Part shown: positions 40,449 through 49,888 of the stretch, piece after piece
Position numbering within the stretch: position 1 is the stretch's first letter
Layout of the letters: every line of letters begins with the position of its first letter
Source of the DNA: a virus
Taxonomy: Duplodnaviria; Heunggongvirae; Uroviricota; Caudoviricetes
Length of the DNA stretch: 64,000 bases
Virus record (IMG/VR): IMGVR_UViG_3300037455_000372
Location: 235,710 to 299,709 of that record
Strand: one strand, 5' to 3'
Made by a program: the position numbers and the translations under genes
Notes under the pieces: generated by a model
What the model was told of the DNA's origin: nothing
Databases searched by the model: none
What the model saw: only the letters and a program-made list of their open reading frames with translations

Positions 40449-42144
40449 TGTGCCACAGCCAGCTGCTGAGCCGACGGCTCCCGAAAAAGTAGAGGAACAG
40501 TCTCCTCGCGACATTACCGATGCGATCAAGAAAATCAAGGACAGCGTGAGTGGACTGCCGAGCCTCTGGGTCGACAAGTCGGCAACGCTGAAGTCCGTGA
40601 TTAGTGACCTGTTTGAATGCGATACCATAAGGAACCGGTTCAAGAAGATTGGTTTCGATGCGTTCTTCGAAACCTTGATTTCCTATGACGCCGCCGAATA
40701 CATCTATGCGGTTGACTCCGCGATTTCTTTACTGGCTCCCGACTCGTTCATTCACAAGGTAACGGCGGTCGCTAGAAACGTGGCTCTGCTCGATTCTATG
40801 GTCGATCTGATTGCTGACAAAGTCTCGGTGACCGACGCGTTCAATGACACGACCGAAGTCAACAGGATTATGAAGGAGTGCAAGGATTGCCATATCCGTC
40901 CTAGGGATTTCGACTGCGATTCCGTCGAGAACGTGGAACTGTCGTCATTTTTCTTGTCGGCCTTTGTCGGTGTTCGCATCGGCGACTCTATCGAACTTGT
41001 GTCACCAAAGTTCCGTTCGTATGGCGACAAGAATATCGATACCGTACATTGCACGCTTGTTTACAGCACTGTAACTCTGGAAATGGACGAATACGGTCTG
41101 CTGTACCGTGACGCTCTGAAATTGTCGGCAATCTTAATTATCAAGGTCAAGGAGTTTAACGCCTATATCTTGCTTTCGCCTCGTGGAGGAGCTGACCGTC
41201 ACGACATAACCATCCGTCGCCTTTATACCGGTGGAATGACATTCTACGTCCTCCATCACAATAATGATGATGACGGTGAAATTAGTTGGGTTCGAGCACT
41301 GCCGTTTGCGACCATCGATATGTCCAAGAAGTATCTGAGCGTCTATAACGGCGGCTCGATCTATGCCAATGACCGTGCGGACTTCAGCAACCAAAGCAAG
41401 AGCGGTATCTTCGACGATAAAACCGAGGAACTGGTTGAAAGAATCGCGGACTCCGGAAAGAACCGCTGCTCACGCGCCTATGCGCTCGTGGGTATTCCCG
41501 GCACCGGAAAATCGTTCATTATGAACAAGCTGGCGTCAGATGACACGTCGTCGGCCATCATTGTGCCTTGCATCGGTGATGATGGCTTGAACTACGATAT
41601 GCAGCGCACTATAAACGTGATACTGCGGTCGCTGCCGCAAGAGCACGTTTTTATCCTTTTGGACGATTTCGACAAGTGTGTAGGAAGCAATAGTGACAAG
41701 GGTACGATTAACCAGATGCTTATCGAGTTCTTCACTAATCTGCACCGCAACTGTCCGGGTGGTGATAGTCACCGTACGTTTACCCTTATCGCGACTATGA
41801 ACAACCCGAAACTGCTCAATAACGCCATTATTAAGCGTTCTGAGCGTTTCGACGAAGTCATCGAGATTGGTTTGCCTCAACCAGAAGTATATGGAAAGCG
41901 TCTGGACAGCCTCAAGAAGGAAGGCGACTTGACCGACTTTACATCGTTCAAGTTCAGGCCAATCTATCGCTATATGAGGCACAAGGTCATAACGCTTGCC
42001 GACCTCGGCAACATCTATGATATTCTGCGCATCCACAGAAAGAAGTCCGGCGACGCTATCCGCTACACTGTGATGGATCTGATTTACGCTGTCAGGTTCA
42101 TTGGAAAGAACCGTTCGTCTGCAAGCAAAGAATACGAGATATAA
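40429..42144 (+). CDS. AAA+ ATPase
   Basis: GIPGTGKS, ILLDDFD, ATMNN, IKRSERFD. Confidence 0.85.
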   Translation: MTKIMNNVPQPAAEPTAPEKVEEQSPRDITDAIKKIKDSVSGLPSLWVDKSATLKSVISDLFECDTIRNRFKKIGFDAFFETLISYDAAEYIYAVDSAISLLAPDSFIHKVTAVARNVALLDSMVDLIADKVSVTDAFNDTTEVNRIMKECKDCHIRPRDFDCDSVENVELSSFFLSAFVGVRIGDSIELVSPKFRSYGDKNIDTVHCTLVYSTVTLEMDEYGLLYRDALKLSAILIIKVKEFNAYILLSPRGGADRHDITIRRLYTGGMTFYVLHHNNDDDGEISWVRALPFATIDMSKKYLSVYNGGSIYANDRADFSNQSKSGIFDDKTEELVERIADSGKNRCSRAYALVGIPGTGKSFIMNKLASDDTSSAIIVPCIGDDGLNYDMQRTINVILRSLPQEHVFILLDDFDKCVGSNSDKGTINQMLIEFFTNLHRNCPGGDSHRTFTLIATMNNPKLLNNAIIKRSERFDEVIEIGLPQPEVYGKRLDSLKKEGDLTDFTSFKFRPIYRYMRHKVITLADLGNIYDILRIHRKKSGDAIRYTVMDLIYAVRFIGKNRSSASKEYEI

Positions 42145-42173
42145 ACTGTATAGTAACTTATCGAGAGATTACT

Positions 42174-42368
42174 ATGCAAGATTCCAAGGTTCGCAACATT
42201 CTGACCAAGGTCAAGGGTATGAGCAATGCCGGACAGTCTCCGGTTCCCTACATCGACGGCGTTCTTGACACCATCGACGCTCAGCCAACCGTAGAGACGA
42301 CCGAGAAGCCTAAGAAGGCTCTCTTTGCGGCAAACTACGGAAACCCGAACGCCAAGGCTCTATTTTAG
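42174..42368 (+). CDS. Small hypothetical protein
   Basis: ATAAACT 26 nt upstream. Confidence 0.6.
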   Translation: MQDSKVRNILTKVKGMSNAGQSPVPYIDGVLDTIDAQPTVETTEKPKKALFAANYGNPNAKALF

Positions 42369-42923
42369 CATTTTCCAGTCGTTTCTGGCTTTTTCCAAGG
42401 CGGAGTCGAATTCAGACTTCGCCTTTTTCATATAGGTGGCTAGGTAGTTCGAGAGCAGATCCTTCGCCTTGGCTTCTTTTCCGGGCATATAGTAGACTAT
42501 CGAACTGGAGTCGAAGATTCCGTCACGTTCGACCCGGTCTAGGATTGCGTCGTCCAGCGTTTCGGCGCACCCCTTGTAGATTCCACGAACCAAGTCCCAG
42601 CCGATGAAAAGGATGTTCTCGTCAGGTAACTCTTCGAGGTATGACGTATGCTCGTTCCCTTGCATATCCTCGAAGATGACGCACTTTCCCTTGGTCGAGT
42701 TCACTACAGACTTCACTATCATCGATTCGTCGAACTTTTCCGCGTGCTGCCCGGACGTGGCATCCGGATGGAATATCAGCTTGTGGTGGGTAGGACATAA
42801 CGGAATAGTAACCCTAGAGCTATGCTGAACGAACAGTTCCCTTGGGTGGATATGATGGAATTCTATAAGCGAACGGCTTTTAGTCTCGTAGTTACAGCCG
42901 GGAAAGCAACATTTGTAGGACAT
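42360..42923 (-). CDS. HNH-motif protein
   Basis: CCFPGC..IEFHHIHP..LCPTHHKL; start at 42923 by promoter spacing. Confidence 0.75.
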   Translation of the reverse strand: MSYKCCFPGCNYETKSRSLIEFHHIHPRELFVQHSSRVTIPLCPTHHKLIFHPDATSGQHAEKFDESMIVKSVVNSTKGKCVIFEDMQGNEHTSYLEELPDENILFIGWDLVRGIYKGCAETLDDAILDRVERDGIFDSSSIVYYMPGKEAKAKDLLSNYLATYMKKAKSEFDSALEKARNDWKMLK

Positions 42924-43025
42924 AACCACATAATAGAAAATAGGCGTTTTGGACTCAAATATGTACATAATTCGCTATTTTGGTTATATTTGCTCGTTTT
43001 GGCGCATAATGCTATATTTCAGCCT

Positions 43026-44105
43026 ATGGAAAAGAAAAAGCTTTTATTTTTTATTGGTTCCCCAGTTTTGGGACGATATATCAACGGTAACCATTCCGTA
43101 ACTCTTTGGGCGGACGGTTCCAAGCACCGCGCTACAGGTCATTGGGAAGACAAGAAGAAGCAGTTTCCGTTTTTTAAGAGGATGAAGGCCACGATCTTGG
43201 AAGCATTTCACCGGAAGCCGACTGAATATGCTTGGGTTAAGGATGACCAAGACCATCTCTATTTCGATTTCCCGGAGAACTTTGATATCAAGATTACGGA
43301 CCAGTGCGACGGCGGTTGCGCATATTGCCACGAAAATTCTACCGTAAACGGTAAGCACGGCGACTTGCGCGGAATGGAAGCGGTATTTCGATCGCTGCAC
43401 CGAGGTACAGAAGCCGCTATCGGGGGTGGCAACGCGTTGGCTCACCCAGACCTGAAGTGGCTTCTCAACGTGCTCAAGGAACAGGGCGTTGTAGCCAATA
43501 TCACCGTCAACCAGCGTCACTTGCAGAAGTATCGCGAAATGCTTCTCCAGCTCGTCAATGACAAGCTCGTACACGGTATCGGCGTATCTCTGACGGATTC
43601 GGCTAACCAAGACGACTTGAAAATCGTCGAGGAGCTGGGAAAGAACGTGGTAATCCACGTAATCGCCGGTATCTTCTCCGAGAAGGACATTCCGTTCGTG
43701 AAAGGCCGCAAGATGCTTATCCTTGGGTATAAGGATTTGCGACGTGGTCACAGCCTCTTGGAACACCACAGCGAAGACATCAAGGCTAAGATCCAGTGGA
43801 TCAAGGAATACTTGCCCACTTTGAAGGACGAAACGAAGCTCATTTCGTTTGACTGCCTCGGTATCGAGCAGATCGACCCCAAGACCGTTCTGAAATTGTC
43901 CGACGACGAGTTCAATTATCTGTACCAAGGAAGCGACACCGACGTTTTCGATAGCGAAGGCCATATCGCTTGCAGTACGATGTACATCGACGTTCCCAAT
44001 ATGACGGTTGCTCGTATGAGTACGGCGTCGCTCGATAAGCGTTTCCCATTCACCGGCAAGGAGAACATTTCTGACTTGCTGAAGCTGACTACACAAGGAT
44101 GGTAA
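43026..44105 (+). CDS. Radical SAM protein
   Basis: DIKITDQCDGGCAYCHE (CxxxCxxC), AIGGGN, NITVN, GIGVS; start at 43026 after TTGCTC-N17-TATATT. Confidence 0.92.
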   Translation: MEKKKLLFFIGSPVLGRYINGNHSVTLWADGSKHRATGHWEDKKKQFPFFKRMKATILEAFHRKPTEYAWVKDDQDHLYFDFPENFDIKITDQCDGGCAYCHENSTVNGKHGDLRGMEAVFRSLHRGTEAAIGGGNALAHPDLKWLLNVLKEQGVVANITVNQRHLQKYREMLLQLVNDKLVHGIGVSLTDSANQDDLKIVEELGKNVVIHVIAGIFSEKDIPFVKGRKMLILGYKDLRRGHSLLEHHSEDIKAKIQWIKEYLPTLKDETKLISFDCLGIEQIDPKTVLKLSDDEFNYLYQGSDTDVFDSEGHIACSTMYIDVPNMTVARMSTASLDKRFPFTGKENISDLLKLTTQGW

Positions 44106-44108
44106 TGT

Positions 44109-44408
44109 ATGGCCGCTAAGAAGGACATCACTGAATATTGCTTTTTCCGGTTCAACACGCTTGGCAATAGCGTAACAAGCGTCAACATTTTCAAGAGCAC
44201 CAGCCGAGCCGAAATCGTGAAGCAATGGAAGGAAAAATCTAGGAGTTCGGACACCTCCCCCATATTCAAGGGGTTCGTCCCTCATATGCCCAAGAAAAAG
44301 AAGGTTGATTCAGATGCTGATTTCTGGACTAATTTATTTGGTTCTATGCATATAGCTGACCAACCGAAGAAATCGACTAAGAAATCGACTAAGAAAGGAA
44401 GCAAGTAA
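44109..44408 (+). CDS. Small basic hypothetical protein
   Basis: 99 aa; KKST repeat tail; coupled to next gene (TAATG). Confidence 0.7.
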   Translation: MAAKKDITEYCFFRFNTLGNSVTSVNIFKSTSRAEIVKQWKEKSRSSDTSPIFKGFVPHMPKKKKVDSDADFWTNLFGSMHIADQPKKSTKKSTKKGSK

Positions 44409-45100
44409 TGGAAACATTTCGCTACGGTTCGTTCGAGACCAATTCCAGTTCCGAACACACGATGACGTACTGCAGCGATCCCAGAACGGCTGACGAGCTT
44501 CCGGAACTTGCCGAAAACGGCAACTTGGAAATCGAGATCAAGCATTTCTGGCATTGCGGCGGCGAAGGTTGTGAAACCAGCGACCTCCGTGACATCATCG
44601 AGTATCTGTATATGCTTGCGGCGAACGCCGGTACCGTGGATATTTACCCCGGCACGCCGGAAGAGTCGTTCGCGGCATATGAAGACCAGATTCGCAGTCT
44701 CTACAAGTTCTTCGACAAGGAGCCGCCGAAGCACGTCACGGCCTACTTCTTGGATGTGAATGACCAGAGACACGAATACCGTAACAATGGTTCGTTGTAC
44801 GAGTTTCCCGTATTTGTGAATGGTCTAAAGGAAAATGAAGGCTATGAAATCTTTATGGACGGCCACGATTATTTCGAGAGTCCTGAAGATTTCCATAAGG
44901 AATTCTATCCTAACCATAAGGGTGCCTTGGATAAGGGTGTATGGGCGAAGCACTGCATCGGCATCGCGTGTGGTCTGTCGTGGTGTCCCTATACGCATTC
45001 GTCGAATTATTTTTACGACTGTTACGACGAAAACGATGAAAACCGTACCGCTTGGGACCTGTTGACTACGAAGTCGACACTGGAATTTATTCATACTTAG
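44408..45100 (+). CDS. FETNSSS-leader protein 1
   Basis: METFRYGSFETNSSSEH. Confidence 0.85.
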   Translation: METFRYGSFETNSSSEHTMTYCSDPRTADELPELAENGNLEIEIKHFWHCGGEGCETSDLRDIIEYLYMLAANAGTVDIYPGTPEESFAAYEDQIRSLYKFFDKEPPKHVTAYFLDVNDQRHEYRNNGSLYEFPVFVNGLKENEGYEIFMDGHDYFESPEDFHKEFYPNHKGALDKGVWAKHCIGIACGLSWCPYTHSSNYFYDCYDENDENRTAWDLLTTKSTLEFIHT

Positions 45101-45108
45101 AGGAACTT

Positions 45109-45612
45109 ATGGAAACATTTCGAAAAGGAACCTTTGAAACCAATTCGTCTTCGTGTCACAGCATAACCTTCGCTGAAGGTTCGGCTCCAGACCAGACGGA
45201 ATGTGTACTTAATGTCACCGGCGAAAGTGACTTTGGATGGGAAGTCGAAAGGTATGATTCGCCGATTGACAAGATGAACTATGCGCTTATCGCCTATCAC
45301 TACATCTGTGCCGACGAAGACGAGTGCAAGTCCGTATTCAGAGAAATCAAGGAAGCGTTCGCTCGTCGCGGCGTTACCGTAGATTTCAACGAGGATAGCT
45401 CCTACCAGAAACCGGCAATCCGCTTTGAAAAGGTGTGGGAAGACGATGACACCCCGTCTGCAGTCACAACTGGATATATCGACCACCAGAGCGCACCCAA
45501 TGAAAGTGAAGACTGCGAACGTCTTGCCAAGATGTTCCGCGATTCGCCGGACGAGCTGTTTGACTTTGTATTTGGCAATTCCTATATTGAGACGGATAAC
45601 GATAACCGCTAG
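45109..45612 (+). CDS. FETNSSS-leader protein 2
   Basis: METFRKGTFETNSSSCH; GAGG RBS; GYIDHQS. Confidence 0.85.
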   Translation: METFRKGTFETNSSSCHSITFAEGSAPDQTECVLNVTGESDFGWEVERYDSPIDKMNYALIAYHYICADEDECKSVFREIKEAFARRGVTVDFNEDSSYQKPAIRFEKVWEDDDTPSAVTTGYIDHQSAPNESEDCERLAKMFRDSPDELFDFVFGNSYIETDNDNR

Positions 45613-45621
45613 GAGAATTCT

Positions 45622-46053
45622 ATGGAAACATTACGATGTGGCACATTTGAAACCAACTCCAGCTCTACGCATTGTATGACTATCGTAGACGAGGACGTTT
45701 TTGACAAATTTGAAGCTGGTTTGTACTACTGGGACTACAACAAAGAAGACATTGTAAGCACTGATACGATGTTCAAGGGGTATCTCACGTGGGAAACTAA
45801 CGCGAGCGAGCGCGACCGCTTGTCGAAGCCTATGACGGTCGACCAGTTCGTAAAATGCCTTGAATTGACACACGATGGGTCGACCCCGGATGAGGACGAG
45901 ATGAAGTTCCGCTTGAAAGAGTTCGAGGCGTATATTAAGCAAAGTGATTACGCGTCGCTCAAGGCTCTCGAAAGTGATTATGAATGGGAAGCTTGCAAGA
46001 AGACGGTCGGCGACAAGACTGTCGTGGCATTTGCAAAATATGGGTGGTCCTAA
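45622..46053 (+). CDS. FETNSSS-leader protein 3
   Basis: METLRCGTFETNSSSTH; AGGAG RBS. Confidence 0.85.
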   Translation: METLRCGTFETNSSSTHCMTIVDEDVFDKFEAGLYYWDYNKEDIVSTDTMFKGYLTWETNASERDRLSKPMTVDQFVKCLELTHDGSTPDEDEMKFRLKEFEAYIKQSDYASLKALESDYEWEACKKTVGDKTVVAFAKYGWS

Positions 46054-46628
46054 TGGAAACTTTTCGTAACGGTACTTTCGAAACTAACTCCTCGTCGTGC
46101 CACTGTATGGTGGTAGCCGGGGAGAACGACTTCCAAAAGTTTGTCGATGGCGAGCTGTTTGCCGACTCCGGTTCTTACAAGTGTCCCTATCAGGCCACTT
46201 TGATTACGCTGGATGAAGTGGTTAGACGCTACCAGAAGCATGTCGACGACGAGAACAAGTATGAAGAGGAGCATAATGCAAGCTGGCGGACGAAAATGAT
46301 TTCCGCCGAGATGATTAAGTGGATTATGCTCCATCCCGATTTCTTCGACCCAGATATCGATGTCAACTATGAAAAATATATGACCGAGCATCGTGACGGG
46401 TTGTCCGACGAGGAATTCAACAAGGCCGTCGAAGACCAATTTGAGGCGGTTGACTATTTCACGTCGTGGATCGATATGGACTACACGCCGTATTCCTACC
46501 GTATGCTTGACTACTCGACTGGCAACTTCACTAGCGAGTACGACGACTACAAATCCGCTCCGGTACACGATGTCACGATGAAGGACGGTTCTACCGTCAA
46601 AGAACTTAACGCTGTGTGGTACTACTAA
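46053..46628 (+). CDS. FETNSSS-leader protein 4
   Basis: METFRNGTFETNSSSCH; TAATG coupling. Confidence 0.85.
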   Translation: METFRNGTFETNSSSCHCMVVAGENDFQKFVDGELFADSGSYKCPYQATLITLDEVVRRYQKHVDDENKYEEEHNASWRTKMISAEMIKWIMLHPDFFDPDIDVNYEKYMTEHRDGLSDEEFNKAVEDQFEAVDYFTSWIDMDYTPYSYRMLDYSTGNFTSEYDDYKSAPVHDVTMKDGSTVKELNAVWYY

Positions 46629-47350
46629 TGGAAACTTTCAGATCTGGAACATTCGAAACTAACTCTAGCTCCACTCACTGTCTTTCCGTAACCAAGGAAA
46701 CTCGTCACGTTTCCGCGTTCCCTGAACTGAACGCGGATGGCTCCATCGACATCGAGGCCAAGCATTATTGGGAATGCGACGAGTCTTGCCATACGGTCGT
46801 ACTTGAGGAAATCATCGAGTACATCTGTATGCTCGGCTATGCGTGCGAACGCAACCTTGACTCGGCATTGAGGCTTGTCCAAGAAGGTTACGAGATTGCC
46901 GGACTGAAACCGCCGACCAAGATCAACCTTTATGCGGTGACTAGGGACGGTTCTAGGATTTCTTACACGGAGCCGGGGTGCCGCTACATCAACGGTCCGC
47001 GTCGAGACTACTACGGCAACGAGACTCAATATTATTACATCTACGTACCGGTGGGCAAGGACGAGCGAGAGAGGAAACTGTTCACCCACACGCTCCACGC
47101 CGAGGTACCGGTGGATAAGATCGATGCCTATGTTAAGGAAAACCCGCACCTTATCATCGACGACGGACTGGAACTGAAGGACACACCCATACTGAAGTAC
47201 CGGGTCGGGGTCAATCCAAACGACCTGACCAGAGATACCTTGGCCAACGCCTTGGACAACCTGACGACCAAGCCGTTCGGTTGCGGCAAGGAATGTTCCA
47301 TTTTGGAAGCCTTCAGGTACGTTTCCGTGCTCGATTTCTGGCATTCTTAG
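46628..47350 (+). CDS. FETNSSS-leader protein 5
   Basis: METFRSGTFETNSSSTH; TAATG coupling. Confidence 0.85.
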   Translation: METFRSGTFETNSSSTHCLSVTKETRHVSAFPELNADGSIDIEAKHYWECDESCHTVVLEEIIEYICMLGYACERNLDSALRLVQEGYEIAGLKPPTKINLYAVTRDGSRISYTEPGCRYINGPRRDYYGNETQYYYIYVPVGKDERERKLFTHTLHAEVPVDKIDAYVKENPHLIIDDGLELKDTPILKYRVGVNPNDLTRDTLANALDNLTTKPFGCGKECSILEAFRYVSVLDFWHS

Positions 47351-47389
47351 GCCGCCTACCCCCTAAACTTAAAGGAAAGGGGGTAGCCT

Positions 47390-47911
47390 ATGTCCGTGCC
47401 AGTTGTAAGACTTGTTGGAGATATCACCGAGGAAAGCGTCTCGCCCGTTATCGAGGAACTGAGCCACCTACCGCACAATGCGGAAAAGGTGGTTCTTATC
47501 ATAGATAGCGACGGCGGTTCTCTGGAAGAAGGATTTAGGCTCATAGACGCCATTAGGATCCTCCAGAACAAGGGGTTGACCGTCCATTCGGTAATAACCG
47601 GAAAAGCCTATTCTATGGGTATCTACATCGCACTGGCGGCCAAGGAACGGACTGCCTACCAGAGTGCAAGGATTATGACCCACTGCGCCCGTTACGACGG
47701 CCTCGGAGAGGAGACCCAGTACACGGCGAAAGACCTCAAGACAATGTGTCAAGAAATGGAGACGTATGACCGTCTCCTTAAAGGTGTTATGGTGTCTGCC
47801 GGGGTGGAACCACAGACAGCCGACTTGCTGATGGCAAAGGACACCTATTTCGGTGTCGACCAAGCGATTCACTTGGGACTGGTACAGTCGGTCGAACGCG
47901 ACATAATCTGA
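47390..47911 (+). CDS. clpP: ClpP-like serine protease
   Basis: IDSDGGS, GKAYSMG (Ser), RIMTH (His), DTYF..AIHLGLV. Confidence 0.85.
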   Translation: MSVPVVRLVGDITEESVSPVIEELSHLPHNAEKVVLIIDSDGGSLEEGFRLIDAIRILQNKGLTVHSVITGKAYSMGIYIALAAKERTAYQSARIMTHCARYDGLGEETQYTAKDLKTMCQEMETYDRLLKGVMVSAGVEPQTADLLMAKDTYFGVDQAIHLGLVQSVERDII

Positions 47912-48333
47912 AGATTACGGCGTTCCATTTCTTCCTTGACGTGCTTCGCCATATTCTTGAAGAAGTCGTCAGGACAGTTGGTAAGGACGAACCAGTCGTT
48001 CTCCGGCTTGATGTTGCCGAAGCTGTCCTCGAACGTGGCGTCGCAGTGCAGCTTGTCGAAATCGAAGTCCATTTCGACAGAAAACAGGTGTAGGCTCTTC
48101 TTCGACTGGTACTTGCGTCGGCCTATTTCAAAAATTTCGACATTGTCCGGAATGACGAGTCCGGTCTCTTCTTTCAATTCACGCTTTGCCGCGTCGAGCG
48201 GAGTTTCTCCGTCCTCGATGTGGCCTTTCGGAATATCCATCGAGTTTAACCCGTCGTGGTGTCCGGTGGGGTGACATCCGAGAATCTTCCCGGTGTCCTT
48301 CTTGATGATTATAAATCCACAACTTAGTTCCAT
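47869..48333 (-). CDS. Nudix hydrolase
   Basis: PKGHIEDGETPLDAAKRELKEETGL Nudix box. Confidence 0.92.
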   Translation of the reverse strand: MELSCGFIIIKKDTGKILGCHPTGHHDGLNSMDIPKGHIEDGETPLDAAKRELKEETGLVIPDNVEIFEIGRRKYQSKKSLHLFSVEMDFDFDKLHCDATFEDSFGNIKPENDWFVLTNCPDDFFKNMAKHVKEEMERRNLQIMSRSTDCTSPK

Positions 48334-48385
48334 ACTCCGAAATATAGCAAAATATAAACTGCAAGCAAACAACGGAGTGGACTAA

Positions 48386-48946
48386 ATGGAAACTTCGCAA
48401 GCTATTGCAACAATTATCAACCGTGGCAAGGAACGCCACTACCTATCCGATGGCGATATCGCCACGCTGAAGAATCTGGCGAAGGATGCCTCCGCCGAAG
48501 AAGCCCAGCTTATCAAGAACGCGATTACGACCGAGAAGGCCGACAGAAAGATTGCAAAGGATCGTCCGAAGGACGAATCCATATGCGACGCTATCAAGGG
48601 TATCGTGGAATCCGTTGGGGTCAGCGAGGCTATGGCAAAGTCGGTGAACGAACTGGCCGCCGTTCTGTTCGAAAGCGATACCATCAAGGTTGGCGGAAAG
48701 CGCATCGAAATCGACGACAACAACTACCAGCTCATTTCAGACCTCGAAGCGAACTTGGACGAATTTTCCAAAATAGATGTCGGCGGATGCCTAGAACAGG
48801 CAAAGAAGCAGTTCGACCCGGACAATAACCGCGACGTGGAAGCCGGAAAGCTGTACGACTACCAGAAAAAGTTCTCGGATGCGCGAGATATTTGTAACAA
48901 GATTGTAAACATTCTGGACCAGTTACAGGTCACAGACGACGATTAG
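48386..48946 (+). CDS. Hypothetical protein, possible internal head protein
   Basis: ATAAACT upstream; module ending AAVLFES. Confidence 0.7.
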   Translation: METSQAIATIINRGKERHYLSDGDIATLKNLAKDASAEEAQLIKNAITTEKADRKIAKDRPKDESICDAIKGIVESVGVSEAMAKSVNELAAVLFESDTIKVGGKRIEIDDNNYQLISDLEANLDEFSKIDVGGCLEQAKKQFDPDNNRDVEAGKLYDYQKKFSDARDICNKIVNILDQLQVTDDD

Positions 48947-48954
48947 GAGACAAA

Positions 48955-49824
48955 ATGAATCCATACTTGGCTATCAGTATTAACGGTGGCGGTGCTCTTG
49001 GCATCGGTCCCCTCGCTTTAATGTGCCGTATCGAGCAAGATACCGGAAAGAGAATCGGCGAACTGGCGGTTGCTTTCGCCGGAACGTCGACCGGTTCCAT
49101 CATTGCGGCTGGCCTCAACGAGGGGTACTCGGCGCACGACTTGTACGACCTGTACTACCGTAACGTGGGCAAGATTTTTACGAAGTATTCTTGGTACAAG
49201 CGTCTCGAACCGAAGTGTCCGAAATACGACAATTCCTACTTGACGAAGCTGCTGAAGGAAAAGTTCCCCGGCAAGATGTCCGCTTGGAAGAAGCCCATCT
49301 TCATCCCCACGACATTTACTAACGGTAAGAGCCGCGAGAAGGTGTGGGACTTGGGCGACAAGGACGTGGACAAGTGGTTCGCCGTTTTGACAAGCTGTGC
49401 CGCGCCTACCTACTTTGACGTTATCGTCAAGGACGGTAATAGCTATGCTGACGGCGGTTTCTGGGCGAACTGCCCGATTGCCGTGCTCAACGCCGGTATG
49501 AAGGATTCGGCCTACCGTGGAAAGCTCCGCATTCTCGGTTTCAACACCGGTATGGACACACCAAACACGCTTGTCGGAAACCAGACCTTGCTCGGATGGG
49601 CATCCTATCTGTTGAGCGACTGGGTAGCCTACGCCGGTAAGAGCAATGACTACGAGGTTACCAAGGACCTTGGTGCCGAAAACGTGGTCGTGGCATCGCC
49701 TAGCAACGATTCTAAGATTGCTATGGACAAGACCGACAAGGCAACCCTTGACAAGGTCACTATGATATGGACGGAGTATTACGACAAGAACCGCGACGTG
49801 TTCCGTAACTTCGTACAAATTTAA
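48955..49824 (+). CDS. Patatin-like phospholipase
   Basis: GGGALG, GTSTG, AAPTYF, DGG. Confidence 0.92.
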   Translation: MNPYLAISINGGGALGIGPLALMCRIEQDTGKRIGELAVAFAGTSTGSIIAAGLNEGYSAHDLYDLYYRNVGKIFTKYSWYKRLEPKCPKYDNSYLTKLLKEKFPGKMSAWKKPIFIPTTFTNGKSREKVWDLGDKDVDKWFAVLTSCAAPTYFDVIVKDGNSYADGGFWANCPIAVLNAGMKDSAYRGKLRILGFNTGMDTPNTLVGNQTLLGWASYLLSDWVAYAGKSNDYEVTKDLGAENVVVASPSNDSKIAMDKTDKATLDKVTMIWTEYYDKNRDVFRNFVQI

Positions 49825-49828
49825 TAAC

Positions 49829-49852
49829 TAGCCGACTTCGGTCGGCTTTTTC
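49829..49852 (+). terminator. Intrinsic terminator
   Basis: AGCCGAC-TTCG-GTCGGCTTTTT. Confidence 0.85.
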
Positions 49853-49888
49853 ATTGCATCCAAAATTCGACATTACTATATTTGTGGT

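Noticed and set aside
42822-43025. N-terminal extension of the radical SAM ORF in the track
   Set aside because: Overlaps the divergent HNH gene and both promoters; ATG 43026 is the more plausible start.
44367-44396. Tandem AAGAAATCGACT repeat
   Set aside because: Only about 2.5 copies, encoding a KKST low-complexity tail.
44408-46680. Repeated ATGGAAAC... DNA units considered as CRISPR array or DGR repeats
   Set aside because: Spacing is 430-700 nt and differences are mostly synonymous; these are conserved protein N-termini.
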